Source: an uncultured Candidatus Saccharibacteria bacterium (GTDB lineage: Bacteria; Patescibacteriota; Minisyncoccia; Phycocordibacterales; UBA6065). Taken from it: a stretch of 48,706 nt of DNA. The stretch covers positions 1-48,706 of the forward strand of contig CAYJAC010000004.1 in NCBI GenBank assembly GCA_964368565.1, written 5' to 3'. The position numbers were made by a program, and so were the translations under genes. Below the pieces are notes generated by a model that saw only the letters and a program-made list of their open reading frames with translations, was not told where the DNA came from and made no database searches. Shown piece after piece: positions 33,629 through 41,969 of the stretch (position 1 is its first letter; each line of letters opens with the position of its first letter).

Positions 33629-34132
33629 ATGAAATCACTCACTCAGCTATCAATGATAGGAAATCCGGCGCCGGCCTTTACCCTGAAGGACGAGAGGGGA
33701 AAGCTCGTGTCTTTGGAGGACTTCAAGGGCAGCTTCGTCGTTCTTTATTTCTATCCAAAAGACATGACGGCTGGATGTACATTAGAAGCTCAGGAGTTTC
33801 GTGACCACGAATACGATCTCAGCGACGTCGAAGCCGTAGTGCTGGGTGTGAGCGCAGATAGTGTTGCTTCACATAAAGACTTTTGCGACAATCAAAATCT
33901 GAATTTTTCGCTTCTATCCGATCCTGACGCTGAAGTCTGTAAAATGTATGACGTGTGGCACGAAAAGGCTATGTTTGGTTCAAAGCACTGGGGTATCGAA
34001 CGTACCACGTTTATTATCGACAAAGAGGGTAAAGTGGCTAAATTGTATACAAGTGTAAAACCGCTAGGTCACGCGGAAAAAGTTATTGCCGATATAAGGG
34101 AGTTGTGGAAAAAAAGTGATTTAAAAAACTAA
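33629..34132 (+). CDS. bcp: Peroxiredoxin Bcp/PrxQ
   Basis: FVVLYFYPKDMTAGCTLEAQEF active-site motif. ATG 33629 is 7 nt after TGcTATAAT. The track start at 33452 reads through the inverted repeat and is rejected. Confidence 0.9.
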   Translation: MKSLTQLSMIGNPAPAFTLKDERGKLVSLEDFKGSFVVLYFYPKDMTAGCTLEAQEFRDHEYDLSDVEAVVLGVSADSVASHKDFCDNQNLNFSLLSDPDAEVCKMYDVWHEKAMFGSKHWGIERTTFIIDKEGKVAKLYTSVKPLGHAEKVIADIRELWKKSDLKN

Positions 34133-34134
34133 AA

Positions 34135-34155
34135 CCGCGCGATTAAATCGCGCGG
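34135..34155. terminator. Hairpin CCGCGCGAT-taa-ATCGCGCGG (T-run on the minus-strand side)
   Basis: Lies between convergent bcp and ORF 34174..34485. Confidence 0.65.
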
Positions 34156-34173
34156 CTCCTTCTAGGAAGAAGG

Positions 34174-34485
34174 TTATTCTTCAGATGGCATGAATCCTCC
34201 TGTGCCATAGCCTCTCCAGAGGTATTTTTTACCGGTGGTAACCAGTAAATGTACACCGTTCGAGAGAAGGTAGTATTGAACCTTTCGGCTCTTTACTTCA
34301 GCACATTGCTCTTCGAGGAGCACGTGCTGTCCTTCACTATTTTGGTATTGGCCTCGGATTCTATACTCAACGCCAACTTTTATATCCTTATAGTTTTTGG
34401 GTTGCCCCAATGCTTGCTTACGGATCTTGAAGCCAACAAGGATAATAATAACGATGCTGATGATGAGCGTTATGATGAACTGCAT
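34174..34485 (-). CDS. Hypothetical membrane-anchored protein (103 aa)
   Basis: N-terminal TM helix FIITLIISIVIIILVGF, then a soluble domain. Terminator downstream. Confidence 0.6.
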   Translation of the reverse strand: MQFIITLIISIVIIILVGFKIRKQALGQPKNYKDIKVGVEYRIRGQYQNSEGQHVLLEEQCAEVKSRKVQYYLLSNGVHLLVTTGKKYLWRGYGTGGFMPSEE

Positions 34486-34684
34486 GGTAGGTGCGCTGAA
34501 CGCTTTTCGGGGAGAGGGGTGTTTTTAAAGATTTCCGGGCATAGAGGGTTATCATGACATTTTAAGTCAGGTTTCCAATATCGCTCGGGTCAAACTCTCT
34601 TGTCCGTAAATGTTCAGCTTCATGTACAATAATACACCATTTATACGTAAATGTCAATAGTTACGAATGTGGCTATATGTAAGC

Positions 34685-35260
34685 TTAGAACCCTAACGTA
34701 AACGTCATAGCGCTCTCGGCTTTCTTTTCCCAGTCTTTGGTATCAAGTTTGATATCTTTCATTACCGAGCCATCCTTGTACTTCAAAATGCCGTTCTTCA
34801 TAGCATAGTCATAGACGTCCTTTGTCACCTTTACGTCGTCGATGCAGTATTTGATGAGCTTATCGATCTCGCCATTTTTCCACCAGGTTACAGCCTCGAG
34901 GCCATGACCAGATTTACCTGTGCCGAGGGTCGCCATGGCGATTGAATCGAGTTTGAGTCGGAAACCGATCGATTTCTTAACCTCTTTCAACAGGTCGAGG
35001 CTTTTTATTTTTGTGAGGTCGCCCGGATAGTATTTGTCGAGGAGAGGAATGTCGAAATGGTCACCGTTAAAGGTGATGAGCATGTCTGCGTTTTCTAGAA
35101 TAGGCCACAGTTTGCCAAAGTCCTCTTGGAGGAAGCTCATATATGTGTCGGTTTCGTAGTCGTAGAGGCAGACAACTGAAATGTCGAGGTCTTTTGGATC
35201 ATTCGATCCGACGTCCTGGAAGAGGTTCCGTGTTTCAATATCAAATACGATTTTTTTCAT
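34685..35260 (-). CDS. RNase H-like 3'-5' exonuclease (PolB-exonuclease-like, YprB type)
   Basis: Exo motifs FDIET, FNGDHFDIPLL and YCIDDVKVT. ATG 35260 (MKKIVFDIET) is preferred over the track start at 35341. Confidence 0.75.
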   Translation of the reverse strand: MKKIVFDIETRNLFQDVGSNDPKDLDISVVCLYDYETDTYMSFLQEDFGKLWPILENADMLITFNGDHFDIPLLDKYYPGDLTKIKSLDLLKEVKKSIGFRLKLDSIAMATLGTGKSGHGLEAVTWWKNGEIDKLIKYCIDDVKVTKDVYDYAMKNGILKYKDGSVMKDIKLDTKDWEKKAESAMTFTLGF

Positions 35261-35323
35261 GGAAAGTGTCGTTTCTTGGCGTATATTGGTTAAATATGTA
35301 AAAGCATTGTAGCATGGGGACAT

Positions 35324-36265
35324 ATGACAGATGAAACACACATAAAGCCACAGTCACAGCCAAAGCCTCAGCCACAGGTGCCTTTGGTGCCCAAGTTAAA
35401 GAGAGAGTCAAAAGTAACTCCAACCACACAAAAGGGTGCAAAGCTTTCGCCTCGCTTTAAAAAGCAAAAAAAAGTTAAAAAGCCCGTCATTGGCGAGGTT
35501 TTTAACTTGTATAAGAAAAAGAGCGATACGCCACTACAGACTATCGAGCGATTCAAGACCATGAATCCAAAATACGGCGGGGTCAAGATGACCTATGCTG
35601 GTCGCCTCGATCCTATGGCCGAGGGAGTGCTGGTTGTGTTGGCAGGTGAAAAGAACAAGGAGCGTGACGCGTATACCGGATTGGATAAGGATTACACATT
35701 TGAATTTATTCTTGGCGTCGAGACCGACACATACGATGTCCTGGGCTTGATCACTAACCACACCGATCCTAAAGCGCCGATAAAAAACATCACCATCACC
35801 GCGATTAAAAACGCTGCCAAGAAATACACCGGCACGTTCCAGCAGTTGTATCCCGCATATTCGTCAAAGGTCATTGACGGCACACCGCTCTTTGATCTAG
35901 CTCGCCAGGGCAAGGTCGGTGGTACAGAAAGCGCAATTGCTTTGCCTACACATCCAGTGACAGCTACAAGGCTAGAAATTGTTGGTTCGCGCACAATGTC
36001 GCGGGAAGATTTTAAAAAAGAGATCACTCGTGCGATAGGTTTTGTAAAAGGAGACTTTAGGCAAGAAGAGACGATTGCGCTGTGGAACAAATACCTCGAG
36101 GGCGATGCGCCAGAGATGCTGACTATATTTAAAGGTGAGCTTTCATGCGGTAGCGGATTTTATGTAAGGCAGCTCGTCGCGGATATAGGCAAAGACCTCG
36201 GCATGGGTGCTGTAACTACAGCTATTGTACGTACGAGGGTAGGTGAGTACAGGATTCAAAAGTAA
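35324..36265 (+). CDS. truB: tRNA pseudouridine(55) synthase with about 60-aa Lys/Pro-rich N-terminal extension
   Basis: Catalytic motif GRLDPMAEGVLVVLAG; YPAYSSKVIDGTPLFDLAR. Confidence 0.85.
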   Translation: MTDETHIKPQSQPKPQPQVPLVPKLKRESKVTPTTQKGAKLSPRFKKQKKVKKPVIGEVFNLYKKKSDTPLQTIERFKTMNPKYGGVKMTYAGRLDPMAEGVLVVLAGEKNKERDAYTGLDKDYTFEFILGVETDTYDVLGLITNHTDPKAPIKNITITAIKNAAKKYTGTFQQLYPAYSSKVIDGTPLFDLARQGKVGGTESAIALPTHPVTATRLEIVGSRTMSREDFKKEITRAIGFVKGDFRQEETIALWNKYLEGDAPEMLTIFKGELSCGSGFYVRQLVADIGKDLGMGAVTTAIVRTRVGEYRIQK

Positions 36266-36326
36266 CAAACAAAAGAGCTCCGTACGTCCAAGTCGGGGAA
36301 GGACGTACGGAGCTCTTTTGTTTGTT
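36264..36326. terminator. Bidirectional terminator, 26-bp perfect stem, apical core GTCC-AAGTCGGGGAA-GGAC
   Basis: AACAAACAAAAGAGCTCCGTACGTCC (36264-36289), loop AAGTCGGGGAA, GGACGTACGGAGCTCTTTTGTTTGTT (36301-36326). It fills the whole intergenic space. Confidence 0.85.
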
Positions 36327-36327
36327 A

Positions 36328-36786
36328 TTAGATCCTTCTCGATAGCCCTGAATCCTCAACGAATGTCCTCATCGCCGGCTGTCGTGCTGCCCAGCGCGCA
36401 GTACCGTCCGCGAGAATGATGAGGATGATACCACCGATGATCATGGATGTTGTTATGGCCCATTTGATATACGTTGCCCACTGTGGCTTGTCCCACACTT
36501 TGTGGAGGACGAATATGGAATAGAAGGAAAGGAGGAAGGGTGCAGCCATAGATACGATAAAGGCCATTCCTACAAAGAGGTGCCCGATGCCCTGGAGTGC
36601 GCTCTGGCCAAAGGTGACATAAACAAGGTATTGGATAGCAATGAGAGCACTGCTCACGTAATAGAGACTGAAATAGCTGAAAATGCCCAGAAAGAGCAGG
36701 GTAACCACAGAACGCAGTTCAGGGGCAAAGTAGAACTTTACCAGCTCCTGATAATAAGAAGGTTTTGCTTGTTTTTCTGCTGCCAT
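36328..36786 (-). CDS. Hypothetical integral membrane protein (4 TM)
   Basis: Start ATG 36786 is set by a canonical promoter, TTGACA-17 nt-GAATAT-7 nt-ATG. The track start at 36825 overlaps the -35 box. Confidence 0.7.
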   Translation of the reverse strand: MAAEKQAKPSYYQELVKFYFAPELRSVVTLLFLGIFSYFSLYYVSSALIAIQYLVYVTFGQSALQGIGHLFVGMAFIVSMAAPFLLSFYSIFVLHKVWDKPQWATYIKWAITTSMIIGGIILIILADGTARWAARQPAMRTFVEDSGLSRRI

Positions 36787-36793
36787 AGTCCCC

Positions 36794-36822
36794 ATATTCC
36801 ATATATTTAGCCATTTTGTCAA
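36794..36822 (-). promoter_or_regulatory. Sigma-70-type promoter TTGACA-N17-GAATAT, 7 nt from the ATG
   Basis: Minus strand: TTGACA (36822-36817), 17-nt spacer, GAATAT (36799-36794), ggggact, ATG. Confidence 0.7.
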
Positions 36823-36952
36823 CATGCCGATTGACTGCTGGATGCGGTCATGTATACTAACAAAGTCGTTAGATTCTCAGAGGACGAACGTTAGTTTCGA
36901 GCCAAAGAAGAAGTTCGGCGATAGTTATAAGTTATAAGTATCTAGTACAACA

Positions 36953-37261
36953 ATGGCAAAGAAACTCTACGTAGGAAACCTTTCTTACGGAACAACGTCA
37001 GAAAGCCTCAAGGCAGGCTTCGCTGCAGCAGGTTCAGTTATCAAGGCAGACGTCCTTATGGACAAGATGACAGGACGCTCACGAGGCTTCGGTTTCGTTG
37101 AGATGGAAGATGCCGATGCAGACAAGGCGATCTCGATGTTCGACGGTAAGGACTTCGAAGGACGCGCAATCAAGGTCAACGAAGCTCGACCAATGGAAGA
37201 GCGACCACGACGTGATTTCGGTGGCGCACCACGAGGTGGCAACGAACGCCGAAGCTTCTAG
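36953..37261 (+). CDS. RNA-binding protein (single RRM) with Arg/Gly-rich tail
   Basis: RNP-2 LYVGNL and RNP-1 RGFGFVEM. It has an unusually long (about 85 nt) leader downstream of TGTATACT (36861-36868). Confidence 0.9.
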   Translation: MAKKLYVGNLSYGTTSESLKAGFAAAGSVIKADVLMDKMTGRSRGFGFVEMEDADADKAISMFDGKDFEGRAIKVNEARPMEERPRRDFGGAPRGGNERRSF

Positions 37262-37293
37262 CTAAGGCTGAGCATTGTCTCTCGACAGTCTCA

Positions 37294-37327
37294 AGCAAAA
37301 GCCGCTCCTTACGGAGCGGTTTTTGCT
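37294..37327 (+). terminator. Intrinsic terminator
   Basis: AGCAAAAGCCGCTCC-ttac-GGAGCGGTTTTTGCT. Confidence 0.8.
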
Positions 37328-37357
37328 TTATCCACATGTCCCGTATAATCTTTATGA

Positions 37358-37383
37358 TTCCTTTATCTCCCAATTGCTATCGT
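37358..37383 (+). promoter_or_regulatory. Bipartite motif (TTTATG-ATTCC-TTTATC) plus extended -10 TGCTATCGT
   Basis: cTTTATGattccTTTATCtcc-caat-TGCTATCGT, upstream of ATG 37412. Confidence 0.5.
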
Positions 37384-37411
37384 GTGGGTATACAAAATAA
37401 TAAAAATTAGT

Positions 37412-37813
37412 ATGAATCAATCACTAACCCTTGAAAGCCTGGACAAGAAGATAGATGGCTATGCAGAATCCACTATCAAACGGTTCAATGTCATGGAAGA
37501 AAAAATGAATGAGGAGTTTCTATACATGCATGCAGGTTTTGATCGTATGGAAAAGGGATTTGAGAGAATGGATAGGGGGTTTGAAAAGATGGACGAGAGA
37601 ATGGCTCTTATAGATGAAAGAATGGCTCGTGCGGACGAAAGAATGGCTCGTGTAGACGAGAGAATGGCTCGTGCGGACGAGAGAATGATACGTATGGATG
37701 ATAGGCAAGACTCCCTTGAGGCAAAGCTCGACGACTTCATGCTTATGATCCAGCGTATCTTTATGGCCAAGGGACAGAATCCGTTTGCAGAGGGTTCTGA
37801 TATAAGCGAATAA
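37412..37813 (+). CDS. Coiled-coil heptad-repeat protein (133 aa), paralog A
   Basis: MNQSLTLESLDKKIDGY... is followed by eight heptads (FDRMEKG FERMDRG FEKMDER MALIDER MARADER MARVDER MARADER MIRMDDR). The GTG at 37382 lies inside the -10 box and is rejected. Confidence 0.7.
   Translation: MNQSLTLESLDKKIDGYAESTIKRFNVMEEKMNEEFLYMHAGFDRMEKGFERMDRGFEKMDERMALIDERMARADERMARVDERMARADERMIRMDDRQDSLEAKLDDFMLMIQRIFMAKGQNPFAEGSDISE
37592..37696 (+). repeat. Five tandem 21-bp coding repeats (DERMAR[AV] heptads)
   Basis: Units start at 37592, 37613, 37634, 37655 and 37676. The consensus is GACGARAGAATGGCTCGTGYR. Confidence 0.85.
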
Positions 37814-37830
37814 GCATTCGTACTATATTT

Positions 37831-38097
37831 ATGAACGAATCAACAACATTGGAGAGTGTGGATAAGAAAGTCGATTTTCTAGATAGGAAAATTGAGAACT
37901 ATAGAGAATCAATCGTCACTCGGTTCAATTCCATTGAAGAAGGGATGGATGAGGGATTTCTTTATATGAAAGCGGGTTTTTCCCGTATAGACGATAGATT
38001 TGAAGCTATGGACGGTAAATTCGATAGTATACAGAGCGAGATACGTGAGGGGTTCGCACGTTTAATTCCCGCGGGTCTATTGCAGAAAAAATCGTAA
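37831..38097 (+). CDS. Coiled-coil protein (88 aa), paralog B with fewer heptads
   Basis: MNESTTLESVDKKVDFL... is collinear with paralog A (N-terminus, FLYM[HK]AGF[DS]R). Only about 3-4 heptads follow. Confidence 0.7.
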   Translation: MNESTTLESVDKKVDFLDRKIENYRESIVTRFNSIEEGMDEGFLYMKAGFSRIDDRFEAMDGKFDSIQSEIREGFARLIPAGLLQKKS

Positions 38098-38098
38098 T

Positions 38099-38155
38099 AA
38101 AAAAAGACCGTTTGTTAGTCCTTCCCCGACTTGGACGTGCAAACGGTCTTTTTTT
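38099..38155. terminator. Bidirectional terminator; the loop holds the same GTCC-AAGTCGGGGAA-GGAC core in the opposite orientation
   Basis: AAAAAAAGACCGTTTG (38099-38114) pairs with CAAACGGTCTTTTTTT (38140-38155). The inner sequence AGTCCTTCCCCGACTTGGACG is the reverse complement of the core at 36286-36304. Confidence 0.8.
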
Positions 38156-38156
38156 A

Positions 38157-39959
38157 TTATGATTTCTTCGTCGATTTATCGCGGTCGCCCTTCTTCAACA
38201 TCTGCTTGCGCAAGCGGACACTTTCAGGAGTGATTTCGAGGTAGTCATCGTTGTGCATGATTTCAAGTCCGCGCTCGATAGAGAGTGTAAATGGGGGAAT
38301 GAGGGTGATTGATTCGTCCTTTCCAGATGATCGATAGTTCGAAAGAACCTTTCCACGGCACGGGTTGACCTCGAGGTCGTCGCCCTTTGATGTGTTTCCG
38401 AGGACCATGCCTTCATATACAGGCACACCAGCACCAATATAGAGCACGCCGCGTTCCTGGAGGTTCCAGAGGGCGAATCCTACCGCGTCTCCGTTTTCCA
38501 TAGAGATCATAGAACCGAATTCATGCTTTTCGATCAAACCTACGTGCGGACGGAATCCGACGAATCGAGCCGAAAGGATACCTTCACCGCGGGTATCAAC
38601 AACGAATTCACCACGGTAGCCAAGGAGGCCACGAGTAGGGATTTCGAAGGTGAGGCGAGTAATACCCTCGCGCTCGACCATGTTGGTCATGAGACCCTTT
38701 CGCATAGAGAGCTTGCGGATAACTTCACCGGAAACGTCTGTGCGAACGTCTGCTGTTACTTCCTCGAACGGCTCGTTTTTGACGCCGTCGATTTCCTTGA
38801 TAATTACCTGTGGCTGGGAAACCTGGAGTTCGAATCCTTCGCGTCGCATAGTTTCGAGCAAGATAGATACGTGGAGTTCGCCGCGTCCGAATACCTTGAA
38901 GGTATCTGGCTGGCCAGGGAGGACTTCAGGGTTGAAGTCGATACGGAGACCCACGTTTACTTCGAGTTCCTTTTCGAGTCGCTCGCGGATTTGGCGGGTA
39001 GTAACGAACTTTCCTTCGCGTCCTGCGAAAGGAGAGTTGTTAACGAGGAAGTTGAGGGCGATGGTCGGTTCGTCGACATTGATAGCATGAAGAGGTTCCT
39101 GAGATGCATTTTCGCAGATAGTCTCGCCAATGAAAATATCAGGAAGACCGGCAAGCATAACGATGTCGCCTGCGATTGCTTCGTTCACTTCTTCACGGTC
39201 GAGGCCCTTGAATGTATAGAGCTTGGTAACCTTGCCTGTGCGAGCTTCGCCTGTAGGCTTTTTGATAGTGACAACCTGGCCGACGCGAACCCTGCCTTCA
39301 TAGATGCGTCCGAGGCCGAGGCGTCCGGTGTACGAGTCATACGCGAGGTTGAAAGGCTGCATGCGGAGAGGTGCCGCTACGTCAGACTTTGCAGCAGGAA
39401 CAAGCTCGAGAATGGTGTCGAGAAGGGGATCGAGGTTCGCTGACTCGTCTTCGAGCTTTCGCTTTGCGATACCCTGACGTCCAATAGAATAAATTGTCGT
39501 AAAGTCGAGCTGCTCGTCAGTCGCGCCCAATTCGATAAAGAGTTCGAGGATTTCGTCGAGGACTTCCTTTGGCCTTGATGCTGGCTTGTCGATCTTGTTG
39601 ATGAGAACAATTGGCTTCATTCCGAGCTCGAGGGATTTCTTGAGCACGAAGCGAGTCTGGGGCATAGGGCCTTCCTGTGCGTCGACAAGGAGGAGAACAG
39701 TGTCGATTGATCGGAGTACGCGTTCTACCTCAGAACCGAAGTCGGCGTGACCAGGGGTGTCTACGATATTGATCTTGGTGCCTTTGTAGTTGATCGAGGC
39801 ATTTTTTGCATAAATGGTGATGCCACGCTCCTGTTCAAGGGCGTTCGAGTCCATAGAGAAGCCCTCCTTGGCTACGCCGGATTGCTTCATGATGCCGTCC
39901 ATAAGCGTGGTCTTTCCGTGGTCCACGTGGGCGATAATCGCTATGTTTCGAATCTCCAT
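38157..39959 (-). CDS. typA: Translational GTPase TypA/BipA
   Basis: IRNIAIIAHVDHGKTTL, DTPGHADF and NKID GTPase motifs; 600 aa with the BipA C-terminal domain. Confidence 0.95.
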   Translation of the reverse strand: MEIRNIAIIAHVDHGKTTLMDGIMKQSGVAKEGFSMDSNALEQERGITIYAKNASINYKGTKINIVDTPGHADFGSEVERVLRSIDTVLLLVDAQEGPMPQTRFVLKKSLELGMKPIVLINKIDKPASRPKEVLDEILELFIELGATDEQLDFTTIYSIGRQGIAKRKLEDESANLDPLLDTILELVPAAKSDVAAPLRMQPFNLAYDSYTGRLGLGRIYEGRVRVGQVVTIKKPTGEARTGKVTKLYTFKGLDREEVNEAIAGDIVMLAGLPDIFIGETICENASQEPLHAINVDEPTIALNFLVNNSPFAGREGKFVTTRQIRERLEKELEVNVGLRIDFNPEVLPGQPDTFKVFGRGELHVSILLETMRREGFELQVSQPQVIIKEIDGVKNEPFEEVTADVRTDVSGEVIRKLSMRKGLMTNMVEREGITRLTFEIPTRGLLGYRGEFVVDTRGEGILSARFVGFRPHVGLIEKHEFGSMISMENGDAVGFALWNLQERGVLYIGAGVPVYEGMVLGNTSKGDDLEVNPCRGKVLSNYRSSGKDESITLIPPFTLSIERGLEIMHNDDYLEITPESVRLRKQMLKKGDRDKSTKKS

Positions 39960-40060
39960 AAAATCTATAAAATGTTAATAAAAATAAAAGAGAGCCCAGG
40001 GCTCAAATGAGGCTCTATTTAAACAAAAAACCGGCAAAAAGTCAAAGTATAGGGTAAAAA

Positions 40061-40095
40061 AGGCCGCTGCCACCCAAAAAAAGGTGCAGCGGCCT
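40061..40095 (-). terminator. Intrinsic terminator for ORF 40100..40504
   Basis: AGGCCGCTGCCACC-caaaaaaa-GGTGCAGCGGCCT, with a T-run on the minus strand (plus-strand AAAAAA at 40055-40060). Confidence 0.7.
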
Positions 40096-40099
40096 GTGT

Positions 40100-40504
40100 T
40101 TATCGAAGCTTTCGGTCAGGATTAATCTCCCGGAGTGCTCTGAAACGATGGCTTGGTGCGATAGCCTCGTATTTCCAGCCTGTTTTCAGGAGGGGGTGCG
40201 GGGGCATAGGGTCTTTGGTGCAGACATTTCGATCGTGGTCGAAATCAAACAGCATTTCGCAGTAAAGCACAGAGATTCCCTTTATTGTATCGTCTCCGAT
40301 GTCTCTCACAATGAGGTCGACATCTTCTAGATAGATATGGGCATCGATACCCCGAATATCATCAAACAAGAAGGTTTTCGTGAGCGGATTATTGCTTCGT
40401 GCATAGAATCCGTGATTGAAGGCAAAGATCTGGGTCGTGCGGGGCATATTCAGATGTGGTTGAAGGGAGGAGTGGCGGTGCAGAGTACCGAGAGAATATA
40501 GCAT
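40100..40504 (-). CDS. Hypothetical protein (134 aa; may start at internal Met 20)
   Basis: Only an ORF with a downstream terminator; no recognisable motifs. Confidence 0.45.
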   Translation of the reverse strand: MLYSLGTLHRHSSLQPHLNMPRTTQIFAFNHGFYARSNNPLTKTFLFDDIRGIDAHIYLEDVDLIVRDIGDDTIKGISVLYCEMLFDFDHDRNVCTKDPMPPHPLLKTGWKYEAIAPSHRFRALREINPDRKLR

Positions 40505-40549
40505 AAAAGGCCATCAATTCAACTAATGCTCCATGGTATGATGGTTGCC

Positions 40550-41140
40550 ATGTCCTCAAAACAAAAAGAGCTGTGGAGGGTTGCCCTAAGTTGGGGAATA
40601 GAGTTTGGGCCTATCATATCGTTCTTTCTTACCTCTGATACGCTGGGATTTATGCCGGCAACTGTCATATTCGTAAGCCTGACCGCCGCCGCACTCATAA
40701 TCGCCTATGTCAAAGACCGTAGAATCGCCTTGTTTCCTTTGGTGGCAGGACTTTCTGTTATAGGTTTCGGTGCTCTGACGATTCTTCTCGATAATCCTTT
40801 CTTCCTTATCATTAAAGATACTGTGTATAACGGTGGTTTCGCTCTTGCTATCGCGATCGGTCTCGTTTTCTTCAATGAACCGATCCTTAAAGACCTTTTC
40901 TCGTCCCTTTTCTGCATGACTGATAAGGGTTGGAAAACACTTTCAATACGCTGGATGATTATGTTCATCATCCTAACGATAGGAAATGTCGTAGCTCGAC
41001 ATTTCCTGGCGCCCCATATCTGGGTTGTGTATAAAATGGGTGCGACGCTCGTGACGATTGTTTTCGGATTCTACCAGCTGACTCTTTCAAAAAGAGAACG
41101 TTTGCCACACTCAAATGCGTGGGGGATGAATGTAGAGTAA
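40550..41140 (+). CDS. YciB/IspZ-like septation-associated membrane protein
   Basis: Five TM helices. The N-terminus (LSWGIEFGPIISFFL) resembles YciB. ATG 40550 is 7 nt after TGgTATGAT. Confidence 0.6.
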   Translation: MSSKQKELWRVALSWGIEFGPIISFFLTSDTLGFMPATVIFVSLTAAALIIAYVKDRRIALFPLVAGLSVIGFGALTILLDNPFFLIIKDTVYNGGFALAIAIGLVFFNEPILKDLFSSLFCMTDKGWKTLSIRWMIMFIILTIGNVVARHFLAPHIWVVYKMGATLVTIVFGFYQLTLSKRERLPHSNAWGMNVE

Positions 41141-41142
41141 AC

Positions 41143-41191
41143 AAAAGCCGCTCGTACATCCAGGTCAGGGAAGGATGTACGAGCGGCTTTT
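41143..41191. terminator. Bidirectional terminator with variant core ATCC-AGGTCAGGGAA-GGAT
   Basis: AAAAGCCGCTCGTACATCC (41143-41161), loop AGGTCAGGGAA, GGATGTACGAGCGGCTTTT (41173-41191). Confidence 0.85.
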
Positions 41192-41207
41192 TATTTGTGT
41201 CAGAGGA

Positions 41208-41969
41208 CTACTTGCGCAGGTAGATCAAAAACTCCTTGTTACCCTTTTCGCCTTCGATAGGGGAGACGGTCTCGCTAACAACTTTGAAGCCGATATCCTT
41301 TGCCACTGACTTTACATGCTCGAGGACTTGTCGGTGCTCACCCTCGCTTGTGATCACTCCGCGATGCTTCTTGGCGGTCTCCATACCAACTTCGAACTGA
41401 GGTTTTACAAGAGCGACGACTATGCCGCCTTTTTTTAGAATGCTTCCATCCTTCAAAAACTCATATGCTTTTGGGAGTACGAGTGTAAGTGAGATGAAGG
41501 AAACATCGATGACAGCGATATCGACAGGTGCAGCGATAGAGAATGATCGGACATTTGTACCTTCGTGAACCTCGACTCGAGGATCATTACGAAGCTCAGA
41601 GACGAGTTGATCAGTGCCAACATCGATTGCAATAACTTTTTTTGCACCGCGCTGTAGGAGGCAGTCGGTGAATCCTCCGGTAGATGATCCTATGTCTACT
41701 GCTTCCATATCCTTTACATCAACTTTGAATGCGTCGAGTGCGTGGGATAGTTTTTCACCAGCACGTGATACGAATCGCTCAGGTGAGTCGATTGAAAGAG
41801 TGTCCTGGGCAGTGACTTCGACACTACCTTTAGTAACGGTTTTTCCGTTTACTTTTACTTTTCCTCTTTTAATAAGATCGACAGCAGCTGACCTAGAGCG
41901 AGCCAGACCCCTCTGGTGCATCTCGACATCTAGGCGATTCTTATGTTCTAACGATGTTGGGTTTTCCAT
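41208..41969 (-). CDS. tlyA: TlyA-family rRNA 2'-O-methyltransferase (S4 + FtsJ domains)
   Basis: S4-like RLDVEMHQRGLARSRSAAVDLIKRGKVKVNG and SAM motif VDIGSSTGGFTD. ATG lies 6 nt after TAGAGT. Confidence 0.9.
   Translation of the reverse strand: MENPTSLEHKNRLDVEMHQRGLARSRSAAVDLIKRGKVKVNGKTVTKGSVEVTAQDTLSIDSPERFVSRAGEKLSHALDAFKVDVKDMEAVDIGSSTGGFTDCLLQRGAKKVIAIDVGTDQLVSELRNDPRVEVHEGTNVRSFSIAAPVDIAVIDVSFISLTLVLPKAYEFLKDGSILKKGGIVVALVKPQFEVGMETAKKHRGVITSEGEHRQVLEHVKSVAKDIGFKVVSETVSPIEGEKGNKEFLIYLRK

Noticed and set aside
37592-37696. CRISPR-like regular repeats.
   Set aside because: These are contiguous 21-bp tandem units with no spacers, in-frame inside a coding sequence (heptad repeats). No CRISPR array or cas gene is seen anywhere in the window.
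38523-39443. 306-aa plus-strand ORF, plus 38650..39090.
   Set aside because: Both are antisense to typA, whose GTPase motifs are unambiguous.
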